DNA of 62,939 nt, filler included, from Basidiobolus ranarum (lineage: Eukaryota): the NCBI GenBank assembly GCA_040143965.1. It is 20 parts of 20 records of this genome, joined end to end, with 100 filler letters (N's around TTAATTAATTAA, not from the genome) between each part and the next. Parts side by side here need not be neighbours in the genome. Positions count along the whole stretch, not along the records: positions 50,477 to 53,519 come from JASJQH010002770.1; positions 53,620 to 56,660 come from JASJQH010002771.1; positions 56,761 to 59,800 come from JASJQH010002772.1; positions 59,901 to 62,939 come from JASJQH010002773.1; 16 more parts are not named here. One strand, 5' to 3'. Shown here piece after piece: positions 51,395-62,833 of the stretch; the first letter of the stretch is position 1; each line of letters opens with the position of its first letter. The notes beneath the pieces were generated by a model that worked only from the letters and a program-made list of their open reading frames with translations, was not told where the DNA came from and ran no database searches. Made by a program: the position numbers and the translations under genes.

Positions 51395-51466
51395 GGTTTC
51401 GTGGTGTAACGGTTAGCACCCAGGACTTTGAATCCTGTAATCCGAGTTCGATTCTCGGCGAGACCT
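51395..51466 (+). tRNA. tRNA-Gln(TTG)
   Basis: GGTTTCG/CGAGACC, CAGGA-CTTTGAA-TCCTG, CCGAG-TTCGATT-CTCGG. Confidence 0.96.
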
Positions 51467-51699
51467 TTTCCTGGTAATAATAATTTTACATCAGCCACTG
51501 CCCAGTGTGAGATAATTATTAAGCTATCTTCAACCCTGAGTGTTGAGCCAATGTGCGTAAACTTGTCTTCTTATGTGTGGGGGAGGGAGAAGACACATAT
51601 ACGCTGAAGTGTATTTATAGGTCAAGTCATATTGTGTGTTTGTAAAGTTATCGATCTCTTTATAAATTTAAAAAACACCCACAGAGCAATTAACAGCGT

Positions 51700-51771
51700 G
51701 GCTCTATGGTCTAGTAGTATGATTCTCGCTTTGGGTGCGAGAGGTCGCGGGTTCAATTCCCGCTGGAGCCC
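51700..51771 (+). tRNA. tRNA-Pro(TGG), D-loop GG changed to AG
   Basis: GGCTCTA/TGGAGCC, CTCGC-TTTGGGT-GCGAG, GCGGG-TTCAATT-CCCGC. Confidence 0.92.
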
Positions 51772-51957
51772 TGCCATTTTGATCTTTTTGAGGTGTAAAA
51801 GAGATTAACAAATATTTCTATCATACACAAATCGTAGAATGCTTCTTTGAGTGATTGTCTTATGGCCCATAATCATCGAAGATGTTAATTTAGTTTGAGA
51901 ACATAGAGAAACACAAAATAGACTATATAGCTATCTGGATACCTGTTTTCAATTAAG

Positions 51958-52029
51958 TCCTCATTGGTCCAGTGGTTAGGATTTCTCGCTTTCACCGAGA
52001 CGGCCGGGGTTCGATTCCCCGATGGGGAA
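51958..52029 (+). tRNA. tRNA-Glu(TTC)
   Basis: TCCTCAT/ATGGGGA, TCTCG-CTTTCAC-CGAGA, CGGGG-TTCGATT-CCCCG. Confidence 0.96.
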
Positions 52030-52332
52030 CATTTTGACTAGAGAAAACGTTTTGAGGCTACTAATACGCTTACAATACACTAGACATATTTCTCTTCAAG
52101 CATGTGTTTCGTTTTGAATGGCAAAAAATAACTTTCAAAATCTCCTGGATATAATATTCCTATGAATATAATACACTGTGAGATAGGCTTTCTCATAAGG
52201 TTACTGTAACCATGAATAGCAACAAGATTCTTGGAGACAGCTTACTCACTGCACTTCCCACCGAGTATAAACTCAACTATAGGAGTATTGGTGTAATTAT
52301 ATCTTTAGTTTTCATAACATACACCTATACAG

Positions 52333-52406
52333 GTCTTCGTGGTGTAGTTGGTTATCACGTCTGTCTAACACACAGACGGTCCTCGGTTCGAATCCGAGCG
52401 AAGACA
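52333..52406 (+). tRNA. tRNA-Val(AAC)
   Basis: GTCTTCG/CGAAGAC, TCTGT-CTAACAC-ACAGA, CTCGG-TTCGAAT-CCGAG. Confidence 0.96.
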
Positions 52407-52673
52407 TGTTTCTTTTTGCTACTTAGGGGTTTTGTATGCCGATCTTGATCAAAGTATTTCAGAATGGGGATGAGATATACTTACCCCGGTTGAAAAATCC
52501 TACACCTGAATGTATTGATACTGCTGAATATTGCGTTGATAAAAAAATCAAATGAATAATTATATTGATATGTCTCTATGGTAAATAGTAATATGTATCC
52601 TACAGTTTTAATTACTTATCCTCTTGCAAAAGAGAAAACATAACACTTGATCGTTGCGAGCATTAAAAGGAAT

Positions 52674-52745
52674 GGGCTCAACTGGGAATTGAACCCAGGA
52701 CCTCTCCCACCCTAAGGGAGAATTATACCACTAAACCATTGAGCC
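52674..52745 (-). tRNA. tRNA-Pro(AGG)
   Basis: Reverse complement GGCTCAA/TTGAGCC, CTCCC-TTAGGGT-GGGAG, CTGGG-TTCAATT-CCCAG. Confidence 0.95.
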
Positions 52746-52947
52746 ATACATATACGGTCAATAAGCGGTCCTTTCTCTTCGAAAATTGCCATTATCATCT
52801 GTAGCATACTCAGTTAGCTTGATTCTATTCAGCTTGGTAGATAGTCTATATAATACTAAGGAAATGCAAACCGTCTTAAAGTATAAAAATACTAAATCAT
52901 TCATCGGAAGGGCTGAAGAAATATTTTTTCTCATATTAAACTATCAA

Positions 52948-53018
52948 GCCATTGTAGTATAGTGGCAGTACATCGTGTTGTGGCCGCGTCGACCTCGGTT
53001 CGATTCCGAGCAATGGCA
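52948..53018 (+). tRNA. tRNA-His(GTG)
   Basis: GCCATTG/CAATGGC, anticodon loop TTGTGGC, CTCGG-TTCGATT-CCGAG; no genomic G-1; T5 terminator. Confidence 0.92.
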
Positions 53019-53350
53019 ATTCCTTTTTCTTTAATTCCCAAGATTGACTAATTTCTTCAATCAATGGCTCCTTTTTTTACTTAAACAAGACGTATTTTTG
53101 ATCGATTGATAGATATTAGTTGCCTTACTTTGAGTCTTCCAAAATTGGCATTTCAGCTTTGACCAGCCCCTCATCCAATGAGCCTCTGGATGAAATTCTG
53201 ACCCAAGCACTCTTCACCAAATGCCTATATGAAGTTTTGTCCTTAACGAATGTATTGCACAAAGCTACAGAAAAGTAGTGATGGAATCTCGAATAAAACT
53301 TTGCAGTATACATATTTTATAAATCTGCCCGTCCTTTATATCGGCAACAT

Positions 53351-53433
53351 GGTAACATGGCCGAGTTGGTCTAAGGCGCCGCACTCAAGTTGCGGTCTCG
53401 TAAGAGGCGTGAGTTCGAATCTCACTGTTATCA
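53351..53433 (+). tRNA. tRNA-Leu(CAA), intronless
   Basis: GGTAACA/TGTTATC, CCGCA-CTCAAGT-TGCGG, variable arm CTC-GTAA-GAG, GTGAG-TTCGAAT-CTCAC. Confidence 0.95.
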
Positions 53434-53619
53434 ATTTTATTTCTTCAATTGAGGAATTTCTTTTCGTGCTTGCCCTAATCATTGTGTCGTATTTGACTGT
53501 ATTAACGGTTGTCAAGTCTNNNNNNNNNNNNNNNNNNNNNNNNNNNNNNNNNNNNNNNNNNNNTTAATTAATTAANNNNNNNNNNNNNNNNNNNNNNNNN
53601 NNNNNNNNNNNNNNNNNNN

Positions 53620-55976
53620 GGTGACCTAATTGGAGTAATTTTCCCGGCCTTGATCTTATCATTCTCACGGAGGTGAATATGCATGAATGCCTTTGGTTTG
53701 GTCGAGTATGGTGTGTCAAGATATTATCAGGATTAGTCCCAGGCCACTTATCCTCACGAACCTGAGTCATTTTTCAAAATTACATATGTAGAAATTGGAA
53801 TTGGATGTACCATAAGTGCAAGATTCAGACGTTTGGAATGTGCACAATGCTGATGAAAGCTTCTACTGTATTTGGTTTTTACTCACCAACTACAACATAT
53901 CAACTCTTTTGCCTCTATTTTTATATGATAGTTTCACACTATTATAGCTTAGATGACTCAAGTGCTGATGCCAAGTTATCAAGTTTCCTGAAGTACTTGT
54001 TTCAAAGTTAGAAACAATCTCAGTTGTTGGTGCAATATCCAGGTAATATAAATTCCCAATTCTTGTTCCAGTTGCTACTATCAAGTCCTTTGACTTATAC
54101 ATAGTTGCTTTTCCTTAGCTGAATTTGACATCATAAGGTTTCTTTTCAATTGCTCCAATTGAAAAAAGGTTTGTTGTAAATAATGGAATATACAAGTCAT
54201 CTTCCAAGGTTACTGTTACACTTTTGGTTTTACTTATTTGTAAGTCAAGTGTCACCTTGCCCATTCTATATGCAACCAGTTTGTTTCTTCCAGCTACTGT
54301 AATATCTAGAGGTTCTATTTCCTTATAGTCATGCATTATGATTCTATTATGACACATATGATCACTTGCACCAGAATCCAGAATCCATATATCAGCAGAG
54401 TCATTTCCTGATTTAGAAGTTGGCATATATGTATAGTGTTCATTTCCTCTTTTAGTGGTGCTGAATGCTTCCTTTCTTATTGGAACCCATTTCTTCTTTG
54501 ATCTGCAATAATATGCTGTGTGTGCCAGTTTTCACATTTGCAATATCTCATAATGCCCCTTGGTGGTTGGCTATTTTGAGAATAAGATACTTGTGTAGTT
54601 TTTGTTTCACTTTCAATATGACTTTTGTCTTTCCTTTTAAATTCCTCTTGACATAGACAAGTGTTCAGATAGTGCTGAGTAAGCTTATCCCCAATTGCTT
54701 CCATAGTGAGTATTAGAGCTGAATATGATTGAAGGAGCCATTAATCATGGTAAGAATTATATCCATTTCAGGTACTTCATAACTTACTGATTCCAGTTGT
54801 TGGTCAAGTGTCTTGACATCTTTCATATATATCATAATATCTGAGTTCTCAGACATATGAGAATTGAAGAATTATTTTGTAGCATCAACAAGTGAGCAAG
54901 CCCTTTTTGCTCATGGTGTTCCACTAGGATTTCCCATGCATTCTTGGCAGAGTCAGCATCTCTGACTAGCATAAGTTGTTATGATACCAGTCTTAGACAT
55001 ATTTCCCTAAATGTCAATCTATCTTTTTCTTTGAAGATTGCCCTGGCTTCTATACTGTTAGATAATTAATCTTTATTCAACATCATAGTCAACTTTAGTT
55101 ATGATACATATATCAGAAACAGAAAGCAACATATCTATAGCCCCTATATTCTAAATAGGTATATCTCTACATCTATATAACAAGCATGTCTTATTACCCC
55201 CACTTATCTATTATATCTTATTAAACAGACTCCTGAATTTCTCATTAATTGATTTACTTTTCTACTATATAAGTCACCATATACTCTTAAGAATAAAGTA
55301 ACTGAAGCATACTATCATAAGTTGCTTCTAATACTCAAAGTCTAACCCCATTATGTCAAGATCCTCCAACAGTTACTCAGAAGGTTTGTGCCTTATCCCA
55401 TGTGACTTATCCTGGGTTTTTGCAAGCAAATTGCAAATGGCCTAGTACAGGCCTATTCATGACATATCTCAACAATGTACATAATTATGGACTTGGAAAA
55501 GAAAGAAAAGCAGCTAAAGCAGTACTCAAGGATCAGGAAGTTAGTAAGCTAAAGCAAAAAGTGAGATGTTGGCTTCTTTGTTTTAGTGTCAGAATCTGTA
55601 CCTTGTTTTTGAGAAGTTTCTTCTTCATCTGGTTGAACTACTTCCTAGACATGTTTCCCTTCAAGCACAGGTTTCATCTTGAATTTCCATTCTTGGAAAT
55701 CTTCCCCATTGAATGAGGGAATATTAGTGATAATCTTTTGGGAAGAAGACTCTAATTAACTTGCTGCTACCATGTTGGAGGATCTTGACATAATGGGGGT
55801 AGACTTTGTATATTAGAGGCAGCTTATGAAAGTGTTTTTTAGTTACTTTATTCTTCAGAGAATATGGTGACTTATATGGTAGAGAAGTAAATCAGTTGTT
55901 TGAGATATTCAGGAGTTTGTGTAATAAGATATAATACATAAGTGGGGGTAATAAGACATACTTGTTATATAGATAG
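53620..55976 (-). mobile_element. Copia family A element: partial LTR (55773-55976), PBS, degenerate gag-protease-preintegrase
   Basis: PBS at 55760-55772; 'FNGEDFQEWKFKMK', 'WILDSGASDHMC', 'GNLYYLD..WHQHLSHLS'. Confidence 0.9.
55056..55371 (+). mobile_element. Solo LTR A nested in opposite orientation inside family A gag
   Basis: Full TGTTAG...CCAACA LTR, not followed by a PBS. Confidence 0.88.
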
Positions 55977-56099
55977 TAACTATGGTTCTGTAACTGATAT
56001 AGCAATAAACAAGTTTGGCCAGCAGTGATGGTAATTCATTGCAAATCTTGCACTTTAGCCCTACATATTATTACCTTTGAGTTGGCTTACAGTGTTTAC

Positions 56100-56395
56100 A
56101 ACCCTAAAATCCATCCATCGTCAAGGTTTCTAGATCATTCGCTAAAGCTGCTCGCATGGAGGGAACTGCCCGCTTGAATAAAAGGGAGGTAATCAACCTT
56201 TCATGCAGTTGTGACAATGGATCCAACTGCTTCTTGGATCTTGATGCTAAGAAATATCCTTTCGGCCTAGGCTCAAAAAACAATGCTCTCAAACATTTCG
56301 TCAGTATCTCCGTTGGCGACATTCCATTCGGAAGCACATTTATCGTCAAGCAGCTTCAAGAACTCAAGATGCCTAAAGGTCTAACTGATAAAGTT
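56100..56395 (+). pseudogene. 3D-domain-like (MltA-type double-psi barrel) protein remnant
   Basis: 'FAKAARMEGTARL..CSCDNGSNCFLDLD..YPFGLG..NALKHFVSISVGDIPFGSTFIVKQL..KMPKG'. No clear start, and the catalytic Asp segment is missing. Family from motif recall. Confidence 0.5.
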
Positions 56396-56505
56396 TGCCA
56401 CTTTTCTTTCAAATTAGTCTTTATTAAATACATATATTTACGTCGTTTGATTTTAATGGAATTACACAGGAGTTATCTAGATTATAACTTCGCATAACAA
56501 TAAAT

Positions 56506-56660
56506 CTATTTATCGCAGTCTGCTTCACCACCACCGTTTCCGCCCTTTCCAGAGTCGTAGGCACCAGTTCCGTTACCGCCATTGCCATTATCACCACCAC
56601 CATGGCCAGTGTCGCCGTTACCGCCACCATTTCCACCATTGCCAGAGTCGTAGGCGCCAG
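56506..56660 (-). CDS. C-terminus of a Gly/Asn-rich repeat protein
   Basis: GAYDSGNGGNGGGNGDTGHGGGDNGNGGNGTGAYDSGKGGNGGGEADCDK*. Confidence 0.7.
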
Positions 56661-57042
56661 NNNNNNNNNNNNNNNNNNNNNNNNNNNNNNNNNNNNNNNN
56701 NNNNTTAATTAATTAANNNNNNNNNNNNNNNNNNNNNNNNNNNNNNNNNNNNNNNNNNNNCTACCATCCATAATGAAGGCTTTGGCAGTGAGTGAATTTA
56801 CTTGATGAATGAAGTAAATAATAATACAGCGTCTTGAGTAATTACGAAATCGGTGGGTGGGATGGGTTTGAATGTGGGTTAGATAGGAATATCTAAATGT
56901 TCCTTTGGGATCCAAATGCCGATCTTAATCTAATATATGCAGGTCTGATGTTTTTGCAGTTGAATTTTATTACATGTATTGCAGAATATTCCGGACATAG
57001 TGAGAGCTGAATTATATTAGATTAAACTCAAACATCCTTTAT

Positions 57043-59800
57043 CTACACAAGAAACCCTTTTACTACAACTGTAGGTACTAATGTTTGCTTCTTGAATTGT
57101 TCGGATTCCACTGATTTAGGACTGGATACATCTTCCTTCCACACCGAATTGATGTTTTGCATCTTTGGCCCTTCGGATTCAGCATCCTTCTTTCCATTAA
57201 CCGTGATATCCAATGTTAATTTGGCGGGTACACTTTGAGTTATTGTTATAGGACCCGAGGGATGATCGAGGAATGCAAGTGTATTCATGTTTAGCTCAAC
57301 ATCGAACAAATCTATTACAAATCTGCGTGCGGTGATACGGAAATGGTAGTGACTTAGAATACGGATCACCTCGTAAAATAAAGATGATCTAGTGAAGTAT
57401 TCCGGCTGGTCATGTTTTAACCTGATGGATAAAATTTGGTATCATGAGGATACTAGCAAAGTTTTTGGTTAAAACAGTCACGCTTACTTGGTCAATACAC
57501 GCGAACTGGAGTTGGCGAGGATATGGTTGCTAAGATTTCCAATATTTCGTAGAATCTCCACCTCGGTAGTATCAAGATTTAGCTCTGGATTAAAAGGATC
57601 ATAGTTTGATTGCTTTCCTTGGAATTTCCATTGGGGTAGCTATACAGAGTGGAATGGCTGGTCAGAAAATCTCGGGTAAATGAAAAATACGGGTTTTCTT
57701 ACCATCAGGAATTTACTTGGATCTTCAGGTACGCATAGCCCTCTAGAGGTGCCTAGTGCGATGTTGGCAGTTTGCCACCCAAATTCTTCAAGAATGTCTG
57801 CTCCTTGCGAAGATCGAGAGATCAAACCGAGGACATAATAACTTGTACTAGTTTTTTTAAAGATGCAAAGTGGCATTTCCCATTCATTAATGAAGTTTGG
57901 CTGCAATGCAGATATATATATGTACATACCCTCTTAGTGATAGCACAGGTGAATTTTCTGCAATATTCACAATATTCTTGATAACATCTTCTTCCTCCAA
58001 GAATCTCAAGCCGATTTTGGTTGATCCAATATGGCCCTATAAATATAGTATAGTATTGATTATCGATTTTGCAGATCGTAGAAGCATTTCCATAGTATGA
58101 TTTCTTACCACTGCCCAGAGTACGGCCTTCAACTTGAGGATAATATGTTTGTCACTAAACTCGGACGAGTAAGTGCGCACGTATTCGGCAAAATGCTTGA
58201 AATGGCCCTTCTTACGCAAAAGGTCGCATCCTTCTTTGGTTCGAGTCAGCCCACCGTAAAAGTGTGGAGGGGTAATCAGAACTGAAGGTCTAAATGATAA
58301 ACATAATATGAATTCTAATCCTCAGAGAATATTACAAGAGAGCAACTTACGGATCAGGTTCTGAATCCACCTCTGCATCATCAAATTTCCCTACCATCGG
58401 ACTATGAACGGGCTGCTGTGAATCGTTGCTCAATGCTTTCGAGAGAGCAAGTTCCAAGTGAATAACATAATTCTTGTTACGTCGCTAACATTATAATATC
58501 ATATAAATGTTTTGGTTTCTAATGATATTTTTAAGAAATATGGTTATATATATCATTTGCTAACCTCAAACCAATCCTCCATTTCAGACTCAATATAATC
58601 TAATTCAAGAAGATACCGAAATCCAGTAGAAGTTGATAGAAACCTACACCGACATGCATCAATGAATTTCGTTTGTAAAACGAGGAACAATATCAGCCAT
58701 CCATGAAGAATAACACTCGAACATACCTTAACAAAAGTGGATTTCCAATGTCCCCCAGATGCTCTAAACTGGGTCGTAATCTGACCAAAGTTTCGAGATT
58801 CTGTTGATTCTTGCAAGCCTCATCTAAGACTTTCACTGCCATTTCGCAAACTTCTACTGACGGGTCATATAGCTTGAAGAAGGATGTGGGTAAATCAAAG
58901 ATAGGGAAGAGTGAGGAAAATAGAATTTACCTGAGTTATCAGCAGTCGAATGGCCCATTCATTAAACTCATTACCACTCGCTCGAATGATGGTTTGAAGA
59001 TATTTGGTGGCGAATAGTCGTATATGCTGATAAAAAGGATTAACAACTTTATGATGTAATGAATCTAAGCATGAATATGTATCACCTTATAAGCGGAAGT
59101 CATGATCTTGGACAAGATAATTCGAGGATGACCATCCCTGTGTTGAGGCACGCATAAATAAATGTAGGTAAGATAATTTCAAGAGGCTCTCTTACATGCT
59201 GTAATCCATGTTCCCGAGGATAGCTTTGATTAAATCATCACGACTACGCAATTCACTTAAATGGTAATACAAGCTGAAAATTTTGAACTGCTCCATTAGC
59301 CATACTCCCTCGTTGTGCTGACATAAAGTCCCAAGCAAGGTAAAATAACCGGAAGTTAATGTAGCCTCCATCCTTTCTCTCGAAAACATCGGTTCCTCTT
59401 CCGGACTTCCGTATACCTACGTTCATATTTCTACATGAGCTGAAACAAACTAGAAGCGCAGGTGAATATCTAGACAAAGGCAAATCAACTTACAGGATCA
59501 AGCTGACTTAAACATTCGCGGATTTGACGTAAAAACTTGTTTTCGGATAGATATCGTACTCCCTCGGGATTTGCTAGCAAAGTAGACATTAATGCGCATC
59601 CAATCTTCACATATTGCTTGTTTTTATAAAACGGACAGTCAATATCTAGCTGTTGTAACAACAACAGAATCCCATACACATACCTCGGTTTTGGGTATAT
59701 TTGAAAATAGCTGGTAAGATGGTCGATAAAAACAGATTAATCGTTTCAGGAATTTGGTGCCTTTAATGGCTTCTTCGAGGCGTTTGGAATTAAGCAAGGG
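57043..59800 (-). CDS. AVO3: TORC2 subunit RICTOR/Avo3/Ste20, C-terminal multi-exon part
   Basis: 'GVRYLSENKFLRQIRECLSQLDP', 'TLTSGYFTLLG', 'SRDDLIKAILGNMDYS', 'RFLSTSTGFRYL', 'PPHFYG.LTRTKEGC', 'KLKAVLWAV', 'LSHYHFRITARRFVIDLFD'. Confidence 0.93.
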
Positions 59801-59900
59801 NNNNNNNNNNNNNNNNNNNNNNNNNNNNNNNNNNNNNNNNNNNNTTAATTAATTAANNNNNNNNNNNNNNNNNNNNNNNNNNNNNNNNNNNNNNNNNNNN

Positions 59901-60575
59901 GGCAAGTACCAAGCTCCCTATGTAAAGTTCTATGCTTTGCCACATTTGGAAGGAAACATCATTTGGTCTAGTGGGCCACATCCAGGGAGACACCATGACA
60001 AAAGGCTTTGGGTTGAGACCCCATGACAAAAGGGTTTGGGTTGAGAGGCATGCACCATTTGTAAGTTATGGGAAGACTATGGCTGATTTGGCAAACATTG
60101 GGGAAGAATGCAGAAGGCTAGGATGTGTAACAGTTAACAAGAGGCCCACAGGAGGGATACTCACAGAAAGGCAAAAGCTTAATTATGATATTTTTTCCCA
60201 TTTTAGACCAAGAGTAGAGCATTGAAGTGATTTCCCAAAGAGATATAGCATTGTAGCAGGAATGTATAGAGGAAACTCGTTATGTGGGCCTCAATCAAAG
60301 TTAGGCAAAGTAGTCAAAACCTTGATCAATTTGCAATACATTCATAATCAAAGATCTCCATTGAGAACTCTAGACTTAAGATACTATGAAAAAAGCTTTC
60401 ATCTTCTTATGAATATACAAAAATGTCTAAAAGCACTTTTCCTAAATATACCACATAAGTGAAACTACAGTTTCTGAAATGGTGAATGACATTGTGCTGG
60501 ATAGTGCTCAATCTGCCAATTTGTGCTGGTAAACTTTTTAGCTGGCCTATCTGGCTCAAAAGATGGAACAAGTCT
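59901..60575 (+). mobile_element. DDE_Tnp_4 (IS5/ISL2/PIF-Harbinger-like) transposase C-terminal remnant and right terminus
   Basis: Across a 28-bp duplication frameshift: GKYQAPYVKF..GNIIWSSGPHPGRHHDKRLW...MADLANIG...KRPTGGILTERQKL..FSHFRPRVEH*..KRYSIVAGMYRG. Ends ATGGAACAAGTCT|AGT. Confidence 0.75.
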
Positions 60576-60739
60576 AGTAAGCCAAGCAACAATACAAGTA
60601 CTAAATATTATGCTCAGCAAGGCTGGATGCACTGTCACAGAACAAAATAATAACAAATTTGCTACTGGAATCAAAACTCAAAACCACCCAAGCATGAAAT
60701 CAACAATAGCATTTGAGCATACAAACTTGGCCAAATTTG

Positions 60740-62700
60740 GTGAAGTAAGTGGTTAACTATGGCAAAGAAGATTAGGTAACATCTAGGAGCAAAAACTGAC
60801 TCAAATGATCCAACATCAGCTTGTTACAGGCTCGGATATTGAAATTATTATTAAATTGAATCTTCATGAAGGTTGAATATATAGAAAGCACCACAGACAG
60901 CCATTTTCAAGCTCTGTAGAGATGAAATCTACTAGGAATTTTGGCCTAGATGCATTCTGACATATGTAGGCCAATGGCAAATGGCTCACTAGGTGGGAAA
61001 AGGTATTTTATGTATTCTATTGATGACAAAACAAGATATACATGGGTGTTCTTTCTCAAATCAATATCTGAATCCTTAGCTACATTCAAACACTACAAAG
61101 CAATGGCTGAGAAAGAATCAGCACAAAAATTAAGGGTACTAAGGGGCAATATTGGTGCAGAATATGACTCTATAGCCCTTGGTAGTTTTTGTTTTCAACA
61201 TACAATTAGGCAACAAACTACTGAACCTGATACTCCACAACAAGATGGAGTTGCAGAATATGCTAATAGGACCACAGTGGAGATGGCAAGAATAATATAA
61301 CATGATCAAAAGTTAGATTAGCACTACTGGGCTGAATTTATTTCCACTGCAGTTCATATCAAAAAAAGATGCCTGACAAGATTGTTGTAAGATATTACTC
61401 CATTTGAGGCCCTTTATGGAATAAAACCAAGTGTGGAGCTTCTTAGGATATTTGGTTGCACAGTGTGTTGTCTCATTCCATTATAAGAATACTTTAAATT
61501 GAGCCCAAAAGCAAAATATTCTTATTTCTAGGTTACTGTGATGAATTTAAGGCCTACAAACTTCTTGATACCAAAAATTAAAAGCCATTTAAGTGCTGAA
61601 ATATGGTTTTTGAAGAAAAAGCAAATTTAGCACCTCAAGTAACAGTTCTTGATCCAGAAAACACAATCAGCACTATTCAAGAAATATCCAACAAAATATC
61701 ACCTGTGCCTCAGCCCTATTTAACCAAAACTCCAGTCCCAATTACATCAGAGGAAAGTTTGGGACACAGAAGAGCATCCAAAAGGAGATATACGTCAAGG
61801 AACTGATTGAACCCTTCCAATGATGATGTATATTGTTGCACAGCATTCTGTAATGAGCTACAGGCTCTAGATTAAGCACTGGAGTGTCCAAAGTCAAAAT
61901 CATTGAAAAAAAGAATATCCGATGGGCTTTCTTTACTTCAGGACAAAGAAGCATGGGGTATAAGCCTCTACCATCAGTGAGAAAGCTAATAGGTTGCAAA
62001 TACGTGTACAAAGTGAAAAACCAAGCTGATGGAACCATTGAAAGGTACAAAGTAAGATTCATCAAATAAGTTGTTCCCAGACTCCAGGAGTTCAATTTAA
62101 TGAAACATTTGCACCAATAGCTAATTTAGCTCCATTAGATCAGCCCTGGCACACTCAGCCATCCATAACCTTGATTTACACCAAATGGATGTAAAAATAG
62201 CCTTTCTTCATGGAATTATTAAAGAAGTTATCTATATGGAGCAACCAGAGAGATTTGTTGAACAAAAACACCCTGATATGGTCTGTAAACTGCACAAATT
62301 GCTATATGGACTCAAGCAAGCACCCAGGTCACGGTACAAAATGATTGATATATATTCCAAAATACTAGAATTTCACAAATTCATAGTAGATGACAGTATT
62401 TACTTTCAAACAACTGAAAATAGAAGCCATATCTTGGCACTATAGGCAGATGACATGATTATAGCCACAAATGCTCTAGAAGCACTAACTCAGACAAAAA
62501 TTGGCTGATCAAACAATATTCAGATGACTAATATTGGTAAATTAAGCTATCTCCTTGGATTTCAAAAAGAGGGATAAACCCAATCAGGAAGTTATGCTGA
62601 TTCAATCAATGTACCTCCTGGACATCTTAAAATGCTTCAACATGGAGAATAGTAGGCCTGTATCAAGACCAACTGATCCCAATGTGACATTAATCAATAA
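60740..62700 (+). mobile_element. Degenerate copia pol (integrase-RT)
   Basis: 'MHSDICRPM..IDDKTRYTWVFFLK..TPQQDGVAEYANRT', 'CKYVYKVK..YKVR', 'MDVKIAFLHG..LYGLKQAPR'. Confidence 0.92.
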
Positions 62701-62833
62701 TTTGTCCAATTTTGTGCAGAATGACTCATAGCAAAGCCAGAAGCCTCCTTATCAATCCATGATGGGTAGTTCAATGTGATAAAAGTGTTTAGTGGATTTA
62801 AAAGTGTTTTGGACAAGATTTGGATTTGAGAAT

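Noticed and set aside
52477-52490. ATACTTACC resembling the U1 snRNA 5' end
   Set aside because: It continues CCGG rather than TGG, and no U1 loop motifs or Sm site follow.
50477-53519. Mitochondrial, bacterial or phage origin of the tRNA cluster, or recoding tRNAs
   Set aside because: Several A34 anticodons, no CCA, no His G-1 and Pol III terminators indicate a nuclear origin. All anticodons match their tRNA bodies, and no suppressor or Sec tRNA is seen.
52212-53567. ORFs overlapping tRNA-Val and tRNA-Leu
   Set aside because: Spurious translations across tRNA genes.
3069-59900. Regularly spaced TTAATTAATTAA repeats as a CRISPR-like or biological array
   Set aside because: They are embedded in N runs of fixed length and are artificial linkers between size-sorted contigs.
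60540-60577. Helitron 3' end (CTAG)
   Set aside because: The other copies end CTAT, the same terminus appears on a different flank (TIR behaviour), and the interior encodes a DDE transposase.
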